Shown piece by piece: positions 12,905 to 26,800 of a DNA stretch of 64,000 bases. Under the pieces are notes generated by a model. That model was not told the DNA's origin, searched no databases, and saw only the letters and a list, made by a program, of their open reading frames with translations. The DNA comes from Lingula anatina (taxonomy: Eukaryota; Animalia; Brachiopoda): NCBI GenBank assembly GCA_051362555.1, contig CM120641.1, positions 6,634,001 through 6,698,000 of the forward strand. Reading direction: 5' to 3'. The position numbers were made by a program, and so were the translations under genes. Position 1 is the stretch's first letter. Each line of letters begins with the position of its first letter.

Positions 12905-13689
12905 AATGACTCCTCACTGGTAACAATATTACAGTCTATATGTTTAAAAAAAAACTTTTTGTTTATCAGCAATTAGCTAAACTAAATTGATACTTTAGTT
13001 AGGATAAAATACCAATCTAAATGCTACAATTCAAGTTGTCACAGTTTCAAACATTGACTGCTAAACAGTAAGCTGTACATTTAGAGATATGTCATGGTTG
13101 TATATAATGTTATTGGTAATATTACTGTACTGTATACTAGTATGGTTATTGCACGGCCTGATACAATGTAATATCTCTCATGGAATGTGCTAAGGTCCTT
13201 CAAATTGTGAAGGCCTACCCCCAGTACTTGTCATGGAAATGTTGCTGGTTTAACTGCAGCAATATATACCCTTCACATAACTGTATTAGTTCAGAAATGA
13301 GGGAAATACTGTAAGTTCATTGTTTTATACACATTTTCTAATAGCCAGGAGCAACGGTTTAGCTTCTACTGTATTTGTTGAATGAACTAGTATTACGCAT
13401 GGCATTCCTGTTTTTGTCAACACCTCCCTGAAATGTAAAAATGTTAATTACAGCTTAAACTTCAGATGACAGTCAGAGATACACTCTGAAAGACTGTGAC
13501 AAGTAAAAAAAGAAGTAGCAAAAGCCAAAACTTCAATTCAAAGTTCAAGTGGAACCGATCGAAATACATTCATTCAAAATGAAACTGTTTATAAACGCAA
13601 ATGTCGCTCTGTTTCCTTTTAATAGTTTAAAAAATGTCTCAGTTTGAGCATTAGTAGCTCATCACTCGCCATGTCTATTTCGAAATCAC

Positions 13690-14110
13690 TTACACTGATC
13701 CATTTTGCCTGAGAGAGGCACGTTCTCTTGGGCTACGCATTACTCATATTGTTGTAGCAACTAGTCCGCCATCTTTGTTCGCGCACTTGCCAAACTGGCG
13801 AGAACGAGATTGGGTCACCAATCAACATAGAGATGACGTCGTTTGGCTACAGCTGTCTAAATTTAGCACAAATAGTGACGTCACTCCCGTGAAGCCATAC
13901 GGTGTGTACATCAACAAACACACAGACGGGAAGGTGATTTGTAGGTATCAGGGGTGTAATCTAAGATAACCGGTTATTTCTAGAAAGTTTCTCTTCATTC
14001 GGAAGCGTCCACACGCGACAGTGAGTGAAACCAATTTGTCTCGGAGTCAACTTCGTCACTGTTTACGAAAACTTTGTGTAACACACGGCACACCAGTGAC
14101 TCACGACTTG
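13690..14110. promoter_or_regulatory. Divergent promoter region of Kelch gene and DUSP10-like gene
   Basis: CpG-rich patch containing CCAAT boxes in both orientations (13809-13813, 13818-13822), CRE TGACGTCA (13876-13883), AP-1 TGACTCA (14097-14103) and a YY1-like CCGCCATCTT near 13766. A minus-strand splice donor lies at 13693. Confidence 0.6.
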
Positions 14111-14212
14111 TGAATGGAACGCATGTAGTGATGGAGATGCGCCATTATGCTTGAGTAAGTGTTAGACTACGCATCTCAAAATTTTGGCAGGGCCAAATAT
14201 TCCAGTGGAGTG

Positions 14213-17200
14213 ATGCCTGCAGTGGTTGCATCTGAGTGCCTAACTTTAGGAAGCCTTGCTGATCGACGCGCTGCGTTGAAGTTGAGTTTGGCACCCTTGC
14301 GACCATTTCTGAACGACCAAAGTAGCGTTATCGCAAGAAAAAGGCCTAGAGTTGTGGAGGAGACAAGGATGGCCCTGGCGGTAGGGACACTAACTTTGTT
14401 CGATACCAAAAGTTCAAGAATGAATCTCTCTAATGTAAGGACTATTTCCCCAAATGAACTAGCATCCAAAATGAAAAGGACGAGACCGATGTTGTTAGAC
14501 TGTCGGTCTTTTTTGGCCTTCAACATGGGCCATATACAAGGCGCTTTGAACGTAAACTGTGCGGATAGGTTTCACAAGAAACAATTACAAAAAGGACGGA
14601 TTGGATTAGTCGATCTTATCTCATCAAGCGAAGGGAAGGAAATGTTTAGAAGGTATCCTTCTAAGGAAGTGTATATTTACGATGAAAATACAACTGACAT
14701 TTCTAAAGTAAACCCCTCCAGCCCCCTCCATTTAGTGCTGCTATCCTTGATGAAGGAAGGAAAAAGAGTGACAGTTTTAAAAGGTATAGTAAATAATATG
14801 GTATAGTTTATACTCTAAAATTTACATTAAACATTAATTCAGGTAGATTTATTTAATCAAAATCACATAAGGACGACTGTTTACACAATTCCATAATCTT
14901 CTAGAAAAGCCCTTTGGTGGTCATCTTTCTTATCAGATACTATTAGGAATCATCCCAAAGTTATTTGTTTTATGATATTATCAATTACTATTGTGCAATT
15001 AATCTTTGTGACCATTGTCCAACCAGCTGTCTGATTAATATAAGGTCAGTCATCACTTCTACTGATTCATATTGCATAGACCATCTACTTTTATGATAGA
15101 CCATAGACCATCTACTTTTATGATTGATTGAACAAAAAATGTGAAATTAGCCACGGGGGTCTTTAGTGGAGACAGTCTGTCCCATGTTAGTGACTCAACC
15201 AGATTGTTTAATTGGTTGTAATTAATTCCTAGGATCAGAAGCCAGCAACTTCAAAGATTTCTGTTTGTGATTCATGGGAAAGCCATTGAAAGGCAGTAAT
15301 GAATTTCCTTGAATGGTCATCTTAGGGATGCATTTACAATTTCTCTTAAGATGAACGAGTATCAGCCAAAGCCATTAAGTGCCTAGATAAGCAAAGCATT
15401 CCTAATTAATAGGCAATGACAGGATAATTGTTGTTTATATGTATTTTTGGCAAACAGCAAATAAATAAAGTTACCTATGAAAGAGGTCAGTGGTGCTATG
15501 CTTATAAGGCTTGGCTAGTGATGATTCACTTGTTTACTATTTGGCGGCATCAACCAGAGGTTATAACAGGCACAGTTGCCAGGAGAACCCAGTTGATGAT
15601 ATTTATAATACACAATAGAACTAATTGTAGATTCACGACAAAAGGAAACAAATACATACATGTTTTTTATTTCATATTTCAAAAGAGAAGTGATATACCC
15701 TTTCTCCATAGAAATGCAATGGTCCCCTTTTAATGGTTTGGAGTTTTATATGTATATATTGTCATACAGCTATCCATCAGTTACAACTAGGAAATCATCA
15801 GTTTATTAGCCTAGAAATTTCTTCTTCATTCTAATCCCAATCTCTGTTAAAGTCATTGTCTTGTATCAATTTTGAAAGAACTCCTTAATACTCAAAGGGA
15901 ACCGATAATAAAAATTGAGTTTTACACCAATAAGTTATTGGCTATTAATAATGTATCACCCACTTGCAGTTTTCATATCTAAAGTGAAAATAGGGCTATG
16001 TGTTAGAATCCCTGTAAACTCTTGGGGATGACTTTTCCTCACATGCCTTAGTGACTGAGTTGAACTTGGGTCTCATAAAAGGAGTGGGTGGCTCAGAGCT
16101 ATTTATATCTCACTCCTGGGAGAAATTACCTGGAGAGTTCCTATTTTGGTGAAACACCTTAGTTTGCTGGTCTGGCCACACGTGGCTTCAGTTTAAAGCA
16201 CATACCTTTGGTGGTGAGTCAAAGTAGATATGTGCTATAGTCAGAAGATACTTTGTTGTTGTTGTTGCTGCCGTCTTTGAGCTGTTTTAACATCATACGA
16301 TCTAGGAGTGACCGCAGTACACTGTTTTTATTTCACTGCATGATTTCTTGTAGTTTTCCTTTTTATTGTTGAACAAATAGCACACAACTGTAGAATAGTT
16401 CAAATGTTTGGGTTTTTTCTTTTTAATTTCTTGGTGCTTAAGCCCTAATTGCTTACTACCCTGTTGTGGTAACACTTTACATAACAGCAGGTTACTTAGA
16501 AAAAATTGTGAAACTTGTGGTTTCTTTGACAGGTAGGATTGAGATGTGATTGTTACCATCTTATTTTGTGTTAATCAATACCCATTACAGCAGTATCCTA
16601 TCCCAAATTGTGTAACAATCATGTAATTGATTTTCTAGATGGGTTGATTAACAAATTATCACAGTGCCTCTCTAATGACATAAAAGTGATTTGTATAAGA
16701 GAATAACAATGCCCTTAGATATAAAGATAAGTTTTAAGATTTGGAAACAGATTTACATAGGTGTTACATCTATTTTTACTTTCATTTTAAAAAATGAGAT
16801 AAAAAAACAAGGATTCAACATAAAAAAATGCCGAGATCATACATATGCAATTTCTTAAAAATAGAAAATTCTGCAACATCCGAAAAACACATGTCTGTCT
16901 GTCTGTCTGTCTGAGAGTCCTCATGTGATTAAGAATTTCAGTGAGCAATTCTGAACACTAAATGACCTCAGATTTTGTGGTCAGCGGTCACCAGTCATCT
17001 TGTATTGTGGCCAGCCTTTGCTACACTAAACATAATATGGAGCTGTAGCTGGCTAGGCTGACTGAGGTGAGTCATCCCCATCAGTCATACAATCAGCCAA
17101 CATGATGAGCCTCAGTTCCACCTTAGTAGCTTTACCAGGCACACTCCGTTCTCTCAGTCCATATATTTAGTGATGGTTCCACTGACAGAAAGTTGAGAGA

Positions 17201-17423
17201 AAAAAATTTGGCTATTTGTTTGCAATGAGTTCAATGCAACCATGTTGACTTTTACGGTGGATGTGCCTCGACGCATGCGTAAAAGACGTTCAAATGCACA
17301 GTTGCCAAAGTTTTGTACAAATTCAAGGATGCGTCTGGAACTTCCTGGAGGGTCTGGTGAGTTGGAATACCACCAAAGGGCTTTTTATGTGTGAATTTGA
17401 AGAAGATGTTGGAAAATTATTTG

Positions 17424-17457
<34 letters not shown>

Positions 17458-20400
17458 AGAACTTTTAGTGGTAGTTATGTACTTGCATATGCTAAAGTTC
17501 ATTTTCTTTATTTAACTTATTCACATAAATAATTGTTGTTTCACAAAAATAGTTCTTGTCTCACAGAAATAGTTCTTGTATGAGACTGATTGAAATTACT
17601 CATTTAAATAATACTATTAGTCAGACAAAAGTGTAAGTCACAGCACAGACATTATTTCTTACGTTATATTTATTAATCATTATATGAAAGGAATTTAAGG
17701 ATTTTAGTAAGTGAAATTTTATAATTTTATATTTTTCAAAACTAATTGTTTGAAGTTTTTATAAAACATGATAGCATTTTGTCAACAGTTTTCATTTTTA
17801 CCTTTTTATTTTGTAGAAAGAATAAATTAGTAATCATCATAATTTGTTTTCAGGTGGTTTAACAGAATTTAAAAGCTCATATGGTGATTTGTGTGACAAG
17901 TCGCTGAAATCTCAGGGAACCAAAGACTCATCAGCACCTCTTCACAGCCCTACCACATCATTCATTCACGACCAAGAAGTTGATATAGAAAATACCACAG
18001 CCACAGCAATTCTGCCTTTTCTGTATTTAGGTTTGTAATTTAGGAGTTCATTTTTTAATTCCTTAAATACCGTTTTCTACAAGGTTCAAATATCAATTAT
18101 ATTATGCATTTAAAATCATTTTTCCATCATTTACTTTTGTGCTTGGTGATTTATCAGCTCAATTTACTATAATTTTCTGGAAACCTGTGTGATCCTTCTA
18201 TTACAAATTTCTGCCCGCCTATCTGTCTGCTCCCATCTTTTGTATTGTGCCTGGTGTGTATTTCACGGTGCACTCCTAAACAACCTTCACAGAACTTTAG
18301 ACAATGCCTGGAGGAACTATTACTGTTTGTTAACAGTAGCCAGCAGCTGTTTTATAAGCTCTAAGTAGTTTCATTGCTTTTTGGGTCTCATTAATGGGTA
18401 ACCTAAAGGTGCAAGGAGGACTGTTTAAGCTACACCTGAGGAAAAGGGCAGGTGTTTTCTCACAAATAAAAGATTTGGAGTGTGAACGTACTCTCGAGGG
18501 AATTGTTGATTTACACAAAAGGTACATATGTGGATGAATCACCCAGGCCATTGTTTGGTAGAAAACTGCATATAAGTTTGAAACATTGAGGGTTGTTTGT
18601 TAAAAATTTGCAAATGAAGAAGGGCATGAACTTAATGTTTTTAATAAAAATAACTATGAAATTTTGTTAAATTGAATGGAATATGAAATAATTCAAATTG
18701 GTTACTGATGTAGATACTGTGGAGTTGTTTCTCAGTACAACATATCTAAATTTTTCATTTAATAGAATTAACTGAAAAGACCATATAATAATGAATATAA
18801 CCATGTAAGACTTGAATTCTACTAGATAATCGTAAATTTGAATTAAATTTTATAATTAAGAGATTGCACTTAAAAGAATTAATAGCATTTAGTGTATGTA
18901 AAATTTTGATAGAATTTTTTCATCTTTAAATCTAATATTTGAGAATGATTAAATTTTTAGGTAACGAAAGAGATGCTGCTGATCTTCAAAGATTAAAAGA
19001 ACTTAACATCACATATGTTCTCAACGTAACATCCCACATTCCATATCAACATGAGCATCAGGGAATCAAGTATAAAAGATTGCCAGCATCTGATAGTTGC
19101 CAGCAAAACCTCACACAGTACTTCCAGGAAGCTTTTGATTTTATAGGTAAGCCCATTATATAACTGTCTGTTTGTATGTAATAATAATGATAATTTTTTT
19201 GTTTTGCTCGTAATGTATTGGTAGCTGATCAATTCTACATTTGAAAAAGCGCAGTTTTCATGTAGAAAAAAGGATATTGACTTTTTAGACAAATTTGACT
19301 GTGAAATAATGATTTCATACAGACAATCTTGTCTCCTCGTTCATAATTAAAAAAGAGTCATCACTTTTTGAAGGCACCATATTGCCATTAGAACAAATGA
19401 TATAAACTACTGAGATTTGGGCAACAAATTAGTAATGCAACTTGACAGGCAAAAAGATCAGAAGCAAGAGAGTCTCTGGTGGTGTTATAAATGGGTCTCA
19501 GAAGCAATTTATTGATCTTGAAATTAATTTGGTTTTCCAAAATTCAAGCAAGAAATCAAGTTATGTTTATTCAAGAAAAGAATTAATTAAAGAAGCTTAA
19601 AGCTAAATAGGCTGTATTTCTTCTAATCAAAGCAAATTATGCAGAAAATGATCCAGTAGGATGAAATGAAGTTGATCATTCTGATTGAAGTAACTCAATC
19701 AGAAGGAATAAGCGGGGATGAAATAGACATCCGACTCGAGTTGATCAGGAAAGTGTCATTTGAACCAATTTGGAACTTTTCCTTGAACAAAAGTTGAGAT
19801 GACTCATTGGCATATTATAATAATTAGACAGAGAGAACAAAGAAGATAAGTGAAAAGGAAACCACAGAACATATTGCATCCAAAAAAATTCTGATATAAT
19901 TTTCTGAAGACAGCTTTATCAATTAAGATAATCCAAGAATGATAGTTTACAGTTACTCAGTTACTGTAGCAGACTGAAGTGTGACATTGTGGTTAACCTT
20001 AAGGATTTATTTTTTCTTTTCCTGGAAGACAGAAGCAAAATGGAACAAAATCGTTTTACATTTTTGAAAATGACACTGTCATGATATTATTTATATAATG
20101 TTTGATAACAAAAATATACAAAGAATCTTAAGTATAAAAAGTTTAGACATTACGAGGTTGTCATCAGACCATAATTAATTAAGATGGAGTTGGTTTAGAT
20201 AACATTTATCCGAAGGAAACTGAAGCATGACTGTTAATTGGAAGGCAATACAAAATAAATCTCTTAATCAAACAACTGTCACAAAGACTTTTTGTAGTTT
20301 AACTCGGTTTTCTAATAAAAGTTCTCCTGTTGGTTAAATATTGGAAACCATTGAGAATAGATCTAGAGTTCTCATTCATGAACAGAGTCTGGTGGATGAT

Positions 20401-23400
20401 GAATGGCCTCTCGTGCATCAGGAACTGGCAAACTTAAGTTCATTTTACAGCTGGATTGGTAAATGTACTCATTAATAATACCAGTTGTTTTAGGCTTTTA
20501 ACACTGAGACGTGCATTTCCTTAGCATATTTCCTTCATTAGAAAAGAAAGGACTGTAGTAAAAAGCCTGGTCTTTGTACTGTATACATCTGCACCATAGA
20601 TGAAGGACCATAAAGGCTTCTCTTTGTGTTTTATGAGCAAGTATTGTTGCTAGCGAATCCATTCATGAAATGATTTTTTTTTTTTTTTTTTGGTTTTAAG
20701 AGATTTCTTTAAATTTTACAATAATGGTTACATTGATCAAAGAGAGGATATAACTGGCAGAAGAGTGCAGGAAACTTTAGAGCATAAAAAAGCCATTCAG
20801 TTTATACCAATATTAGTTCACATGATAAAAGTGACTCATAGCATCCTACTAGCTTTGTATAGTTCCGTACAAATGAAGATACAAAGCACTAATTAATACA
20901 GGCTTTAATCAAGTTAATTGGACACTTTTATGGCAATATCACCAGCATGTAATCTAGATCAATGGTAAGCAGATGGCAGAGTGAAAAGTACAGGGAATTA
21001 AAAAAGTCCAGTGTTCAGTGATGAAAAAGAAATGTTCTAGGATATAAATGATGCATTGTGCTAGAAAATCAATGGAAACACTTTGAGCATCTATAGAAAA
21101 AATTAATTTTTGAACAATGTGCACACAGAGTAAACTACTGTTTCTATATGTCAATATTCAGTATTGTTCAAAGGGTTTTGGAAACCAGTTTACTTTAGGA
21201 TCGTACTTGGATTGTTCCACAAAATGAGAGATGAGTCATGTCATAGACCTTGATTGCATTTGTTAATTGTTTTCATTACAGTAATTAAGACACCTTAGAT
21301 CTTCAGGGTTCTGTGCTTGACTGTTTTATGCTCCATTCAGAAAACGACACAAAGCAGATGTCAACAAGAAGTAGGGTCAAGATAGCTTAGTCACACGTAT
21401 TTATTATTTGAGGGTATTCAAAGATAAAAAAAGCTTGGGAATCACTTTTAATTTAGGTTGGGTAATTTTAATTGTATGTTTTGAAAGAAAAAATAGAAAC
21501 ATATGAATTTATCTTAATTCTAGAACATGTTTCCAGTGTAGAACTATGTTGTCCATTATGTTCCAAAGAACATTGAGAGGAAAAAATATGCTCCTACTAT
21601 AGCAGATAAAAATAATGTTTTTTACTTTTAAAAATTGCATAAAGAAAGAAAAAGCAGTTTAAGAACAATTGCTTTCTCAGTGTAAAAAGACCACTGAAGT
21701 TGCACAGTTCAAGAAATTATTTTAAGATTTATGCATATGTTGACTAAAAAGTTAAATATAGAACGGGGTCATGCACTTGTAGGAAAATCCAAGAAAACCT
21801 CAGAAATCCACATAAATGAATGAAAAATAGATGAATTAAGATTCCAAAACATTCATCATTCTCTCCAGTCTCAAAATAGCTGTGGGCTGCAAGGTTATAT
21901 TTAGGAAAGAGGTTCCGCTTGCTCTGACTCACACTGTTATTGTCGGTTCAGGTTTGACATAGATGAACAGAAGGGGTGTAAAAAAGTATGCTTTGCCTGA
22001 CGAATCCTTGATATCTGTTCTATCTGTGTAAACAAGCTCAAATTTAGTCTTTTGTGGTAGACTGAGGGCAGAGTGACTCAAGTGTTGAGCCATTTCTTAC
22101 ATGAAAAACGTACTGCTGTCCTATTAATATATCAGACTACCTAAATTATTCCCATAAGTTTTATGAATTTTATATAACTATGTATCCTTTATACAGAGCA
22201 TTATTTAGGAAAATAGGTAAACACATTACCGGAAATGCAGCTGCAAGATCCAGCTGGTTTTTGAATTTTCTCGGTTGTAAAATTTTGCCCAAATTTGGGA
22301 AGCAGGTGATGCTGTTGTCTAAGCTGTCTAGCTGCCTAACACCTGCCTGGTCTGGGAGAGGGAAGAGTGAAGTGAGAATTCATGAACCAGTCTGCTTTGT
22401 TAAAACCTCAATTTGAAATATAAATAAATAGTTATAGTGCTGGAAAGATGTTACAATGAAGAAGCAGATTTGATCTTTTTTGTAATTGCATAGTTGCTGT
22501 GTGTTCATTTCTGGGGTATACAATAGGTGAAACAATTAACACAAAGCAATACACTAGACCATTTTTTCACATTGAATGGAGTGTGAGTCTATGTGCCAGT
22601 GACTATAATTTAAAAACTTTTTGGAGCAGTGACAGTTTGTCTTATGACACAGTTGTTTTTGTTTGAACACAATTAAGCAATGCAGCCTTAATCCTAAGGC
22701 CTTGCCTTCACAGGTAATGTTTTATGGCTAAATCCTTTTGTTAAATTTTCTAACAGTTGAATAATTAATAGGTTCTTGTAAGTGTTTACCTACTGGTGTT
22801 CCAAAGGTGAGTCACCACTTGAAGTTGACTTCCCATGTATTGATCATATGAGAAATGTTCTTCAGGTTACAGAATCAATTTGGCTGACCTTATGTTGTGA
22901 GGAAAACAAGCTGATACTGTCATGATTATTATCATCATTATTTTTGTCCATGTAAATCATTGACATAAATTCCAAAAATAGCTAATTGGATGAAAACAGG
23001 GACAATCTTTTTTCATGATATATGCAGTTGTCAGATGTCTCCGTTGAGGTAGTGAATTTAAAACAGATAAAATTATAATGGGTTAGGTTTAAAACTTAGA
23101 CATATGGAGGGAACCTATCAATATTTTATTATTCTTTTCACTTACATAGAAATGTTGCATGTAAAAACTACTATAGGCAAACATTGTTGATTGTAATACA
23201 TATATAGAAACTAGATAAATATCCTGAAAAATGATAGCTCATTGTTGTTCAGTTTTCTAAACATGAAAGCCCTTGCATGTATTACTAGTTTAAGAGATGA
23301 GTCAGACCAGGAAAAATACTGGTAACAATGGATTTACATGACAAGGCTTTTCTTGTAAGTTGTTTATATAAAATTGCTTCCTTATTTATTTATTTTTTTA

Positions 23401-23870
23401 TTATTTATATATTTTTCGTCATGTTATTGATACAAAAAAAGGCAAGATGCTGGATTTGCATAATAATATATGACGATGTTGTTTTTGCAGTAAGAACATC
23501 CTTGAAGCAAAGGAATAAGATATCTTGCCAACATTTGTGTCGTTTAAAAATGCCAAAAGTAATCCCTTTTCTTTCCTTATTTTTTACAAGATTTTTTTTA
23601 ATTTCAGAGGAAGCCAGAAACAATGGTGCAAATGTCCTCGTACACTGCCATGCAGGAGTGTCCAGATCTGCGACCATTACGATAGCATACCTGCTGAAGC
23701 ACACTCGCATGGTCATGGTGGATGCATATAAATATGTGAAAAACAAACGGTCCATAATTTCACCTAATTTTAACTTTATGGGACAGCTACTGGAATTTGA
23801 GCAGGCTTTAAACTCAGGAAAAGCACAGCGAGTTCTAGAACCTCGCCTTGTCATTGAGACCAGTGTGTGA
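14213..23870 (+). CDS. DUSP10: Dual-specificity MAP kinase phosphatase, DUSP10/MKP5 (puckered-like), about 398 aa
   Basis: Exons 14213-14783 (rhodanese/Cdc25 domain: [23 protein letters not shown]), 17854-18030 (ILPFLYLG), 18961-19146 ([30 protein letters not shown]) and 23608-23870 ([31 protein letters not shown]). All introns are phase 1. Candidate AATAAA at 25780-25785. Confidence 0.92.
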
Positions 23871-26800
23871 CCAGAGTCAAATATGAAATCAAAAACTCCA
23901 CAGACTCAGATGCCAATATATTGTTGTCTCATCACTGAAATATGTATGACTGAAGCAAATGGTTAGGCAAGAAATGTGTGGCCATGATTCTGTATGGAAC
24001 TAAAGAATCTTGGTCATGATTTATTCTATATGGATATATGAAGGATGATGTGAGACTGAAAATGAAGTGCAATATTGTATGTAATTATTTTCTGTTTTCA
24101 AGAGGGGTGGAATGACTTTAACATTTAATAAGTTATTTTTTTCAATATGTTTAAAACATAAAGTTTCCTGTTATGTTTTAAATTGAGAAAATTTGAATGC
24201 AGGTAACTCTGACATACTGTGAATAGGTGTACAAGGACCAGATGAAAACATGGTACTGGGTCCAATTTATACATAAAACATATGCAAGAACATAATATGA
24301 TGCCCCAAGTGTCCAACTTTGTTTTTCCAACCAGCAGTGCCAATATCCTAAAAAACATCCACCTTTAGGTACCCTGAATTTCAGACTGTTCAGTCGGTCC
24401 TTGTTTCCTATGAGCCCTTGTTAACTTTTGATCAAGGAAATCTTGGCTCCTATTGACAAGATAATCCACAGCAGACTGTGAAACTCAGGGTACTTGCAGG
24501 TTATTGGATGGATCATGCACTTTGCCATATGCAACATTCAAAAGTGCCTTTTCATTAATGCAGGTTGTTTCAGTTGTAGGTAAATCATATCCGTGTGCCA
24601 ACAGCTGTCAGTCAGAAACCACAGTAGTTGATGAGGGTACATTATCAAAATGACAGGAAGCTTGTGCATTGAAACATTTTAGGTGATCATACTATAACTG
24701 CAATATTGTTCTGTAGATTGGGTGATCGTGCAGTGACTAATAGACTAGTATTTTACTTTTCCTCTGGGTTTTTAGCTATTAACAGTGCCATCTGTTATGT
24801 GTACTATTGTTGGTATACATGTCTGTGATTTTTTTTTCATTTAAAAAGACAATAATTTACCAATAGGTTTTTTGTAATTGTTGTTGTTTAACTGTTGTAA
24901 AACAACCTTTTCACTCTCTTTCTTATTGTACTATGAAAAAAAAATGTATTTCAGACAGATATTGTCTTTTTTTATTGCCATGAGTTCATTTGTAGGGTTA
25001 AGAAACCACCAAAATACTATGAATACAATAAATGCATTACTTTACTCACAACATACCATTTCGCACATAGGCATCAATTATACACCATGGCCAAGTTCAG
25101 TTTGCAGATAGATATATTTGCAAGACTTTGTATTTTATAAAGAAGCTGAGGTTCAATATCCAGTTTTATGACATTTAGCAATTAAAATTAAATAGTCCTA
25201 CAAAAATTACGATGCCTTAGTGCCTTGGACACAAACCAATATAGCAGTTATACTGTGGAGTATGTTGAACAATTTGTTGAGTGTAAATGTGCCTATGCCG
25301 TAATGGTAACACCTTATGTTAGGAAATGAGCTCTAGGCATGTGTTTAGCATAAACCACCTCAGATTCTTGCAGTCACATTCCATATTTCAAGGTAGACAA
25401 TTTAGGAGTTTTCACGTAGAGACCTGCAACTGTTTTCTTCTTGTCATTGTATATTGCATCTGTCATTGTAAGATTGTGTCTTTTCCCTTTTTTTCATTTT
25501 TTTAAATGCTATTTTGTCATATTTTGATGTGTTGAGTGTCGTGTAAAAACGTTTGCATACCTTGTTGCTGGTATGTTTGAGGATTGGTAATTTTTCCAGT
25601 GTTCTGGACTTAATTTCTCCTGTACAGCGAGTTACGGAGTTTCTCCATTGTAAATAACATGTAGATGTATTTAATCTGTTTTGGTCAGTTGTGCAGGATT
25701 CTTCTTCGATCTCAGGAGTTTCCATTATACCTTGTACTCACCATATGAAATATATGCACTGACATCAACAGAAAAAACTAATAAAAAAGAAATACTGAAA
25801 TACAACATTTGGTGTTTGCTTGGTGACTCATAGCTAGACTTGACCTCCAGCGACTTACCGGGTAGAATAAGTGCACTTACAGTGATAAAGCGGAGAGTGC
25901 ACCAACATCAGTGATACAGGCTTATCGAACTTAGTACAAGATATGTCTTTTGGGGGGCCTTATTGGATTGTTCATTCCCCGTTGATCGAAAAAAAAAAAA
26001 GATTTGATGGATGGAAATATATGGCAGTATGGAGAATGTTGTTTTTTAAAGAAAGTATTGATCAGAAAATGGTTTAAAAAACAATTTCGAAAAAAAGAGG
26101 GAAGATACCAATTAAATAATGAATAAAATTTAATGAAAAGAAGTCTTTAGAAACAAGAATATATATATTCTCGAGTAACATCATCTAAACCAATCTCCTT
26201 AAAAAATCAGACTGGAGATGTTATGGGTAATAAAAGGGGAACAGATCTGACAGGTGCTTTTTCATCTAAATTCAAAATCAACTTCCGGACACAAGGAGAA
26301 ATTTCCTTGTGCGCAAGGATGCAGGGTGTAGTTTTCAAAATAATATCTGGCTTGTTTGTGAAATTGAAATATTAGTTTAAGCTGCTTAATTGCATGTTAC
26401 CAAACTCGTCAAACTCTCCTGGTAAAATTGATAAAAGATAACTCATATCTTTTCTTTAATGTGAACTCAGACGTCAGTTTTTGCTCCCGTTTTCATTTTG
26501 CTTATTTACGCTTTTTCTAGCATTACGTGCAGCTCAATCGCCGGGAGGGAAATCACCCTGTATGCTACAGATTCACATAATTTCAGGATGATCCCGTATC
26601 CTGTAAAACCGAGCAGTGTGTCTAGTTTGACTTCTTCGCATGAATCATAAGATTATCAAAATGGAAAACGCGCAAGATGTTTTTAAATTCAGAGTAGTAG
26701 TCCTAACAAAAACTTGCGGTAACACCATCTTGCCATGTATTTATTTTCTATCACTAATCGCTAATACTCAGGGTGGGAGAGATCGTAAAAATAGGAAAAT

